Assembly: GCA_040954595.2 (NCBI GenBank)
Contig: CM082577.2
Coordinates: 20,558,303-20,622,302 of the forward strand
Source of the DNA: Balanoglossus misakiensis
Lineage: Eukaryota > Animalia > Hemichordata
Direction of reading: 5' to 3'
DNA: 64,000 nucleotides
In this document: piece by piece, positions 62,701 to 64,000 of the stretch
Numbering within the stretch: the stretch's first letter is position 1
Layout of the letters: every line of letters begins with the position of its first letter
Notes under the pieces: generated by a model
The model's database searches: none
Told to the model about the DNA's origin: nothing
Seen by the model: only the letters and a program-made list of their open reading frames with translations
Program-made: the position numbers and the translations under genes

Positions 62701-63698
62701 GTATTCCCAGGCGGTCTCCCATCCAAGTACTAACTACGCCCAACGCAGGTTTGCTTCGGTGATCAGACGAGAACCGGCTTATTCTACGTGGTATGGCCGT
62801 AGGCGAAAGATGGTTGAATTTCTCCTACTATAAACCTGAATCCTACACCATTGAACACATAGTCCGACTTGGTTAATTTTTGTGGGTAACCGATCGACCT
62901 TCCATAGCTTATAAGGCAAGTAGGATCAAAAATATGGTTTGTTTTGTTTTGCAAAAAGTGGTTTTAAAATTCAGACACTTGCAGAAAGAGGAAGAAACGG
63001 ACACTTGCGTCAAAAATATTATCCATCAGGCTACTCTTTTATGGAAAAGTTGGAAAAAATGAAGCCTACAGCACGTAGTATTCCCAGGCGGTCTCCCATC
63101 CAAGTACTAACTACGCCCAACGCAGGTTTGCTTCGGTGATCAGACGAGAACCGGCTTATTCTACGTGGTATGGCCGTGGGCGAAGGATTGTTGAATTTCT
63201 CCTACTATAAACCTGAATCCTACACCATTGGACACATAGCCCGATCTGGCTAATTTTTGTGGGTAACCGATCGACCTTCCATAGCTTATAAGGCAAGTAG
63301 GGTCAAAAAATATGGTTTGTTTTGTTCTGCAAAAAGTGGTTTTAAAATTCAGACACTTGCAGAAAGAGGAAGAAACGGACACTTGCGACAAAAATATTAT
63401 CCATCAGGCTACTCTTTAATGGAAAAGTTGGAAAAATGAAGCCTACAGCACGTAGTATTCCCAGGTGGTCTCCCATCCAAGTACTAACTACGCCCAACGC
63501 AGGTTTGCTTCGGTGATCAGACGAGAACCGGCTTATTCTACGTGGTATGGCCGTAGGCGAAAGATGGTTGAATTTCTCCTACTATAAACCTGAATCCTAC
63601 ACCATTGAACACATAGTCCGACTTGGCTAATTTTGTGGGTAACCGATCGACCTTCCATAGCTTATAAAGCAAGTGGGATAAAAAATATGGTTTGTTTT
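56724..63698 (-). rRNA. 5S rRNA: 5S rDNA array, about 18 units, many with divergent gene and spacer variants
   Basis: Same unit. Consensus gene at 62685-62804; 3-unit (1132 bp) higher-order periodicity at 57.2-60 kb. Confidence 0.95.
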
Positions 63699-64000
63699 TG
63701 TCACGGTTGTCGCCGTTCATTCCAACATATTCACACCAAACAGGTTACGGGTAACAAAGACATAGGCCTTACATTTAATAACTGAAATGGAACAAATACA
63801 TGTCAGTTCCAACGTGTGTGGCCGGTCTGGCTACAGAGGTGAACTGCTAAATTACACACATGTATGGGAGTTCACCTCCAACAGAATACACCAAAATTCA
63901 TGCAAGTGAAAAATATAGACATACAATTGGAAAATTGACGCAAGTTAAAGACACCAATTACTTGTGCTGAAATGAGTCGGTAGAATGCACCAAAATACAA
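63699..64000. mobile_element. Possible LTR terminus of an LTR retrotransposon interrupting or ending the array
   Basis: The spacer stops abruptly and unique sequence begins TGTCACGG, a common Gypsy-type LTR end. ATTAAA lies on the minus strand about 75 nt inside. No second LTR or ORF is visible. Confidence 0.35.

Noticed and set aside
8492-63720. Dozens of 60-124 aa ORFs (MVCFVLQKVFLEFRHF..., MWVTDRPSIAYK...) in the repeats
   Set aside because: They are translations of the 5S gene and spacer, and open or close with homopolymer length changes. No coding signal.

Overview
Eukaryotic (animal, probably marine invertebrate) genomic DNA dominated by a tandem 5S rDNA array of roughly 115 units of about 377 bp (120-nt gene plus about 257-bp spacer). 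The array runs on the + strand from 8.4 to 28.9 kb and flips to the - strand from 28.9 to 63.7 kb. Three Tx1/L1-clade non-LTR retrotransposons (ORF1 with 3 CCHC knuckles; ORF2 APE endonuclease-RT-CCHC; the two undisrupted copies are 5.7 kb) are inserted at the same nucleotide of the 5S gene (before nt 25-27) and in the 5S sense orientation. This is a 5S-specific family, analogous to fish Mutsu. Copy 2 (31259-36961) is fully intact. The copies share a near-identical RT/3' half but carry three different ORF1s and two different endonucleases. Both copies with an intact 5' junction begin with a short leader complementary to the 5S target segment. Also present: a Harbinger-type MITE in copy 1 ORF1, a 3' fragment of a CR1/L2-group LINE with a (TTA)n tail, higher-order repeats that amplify defective 5S variants, and a possible LTR end at the right edge. 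The many short ORFs in the array are artefacts.
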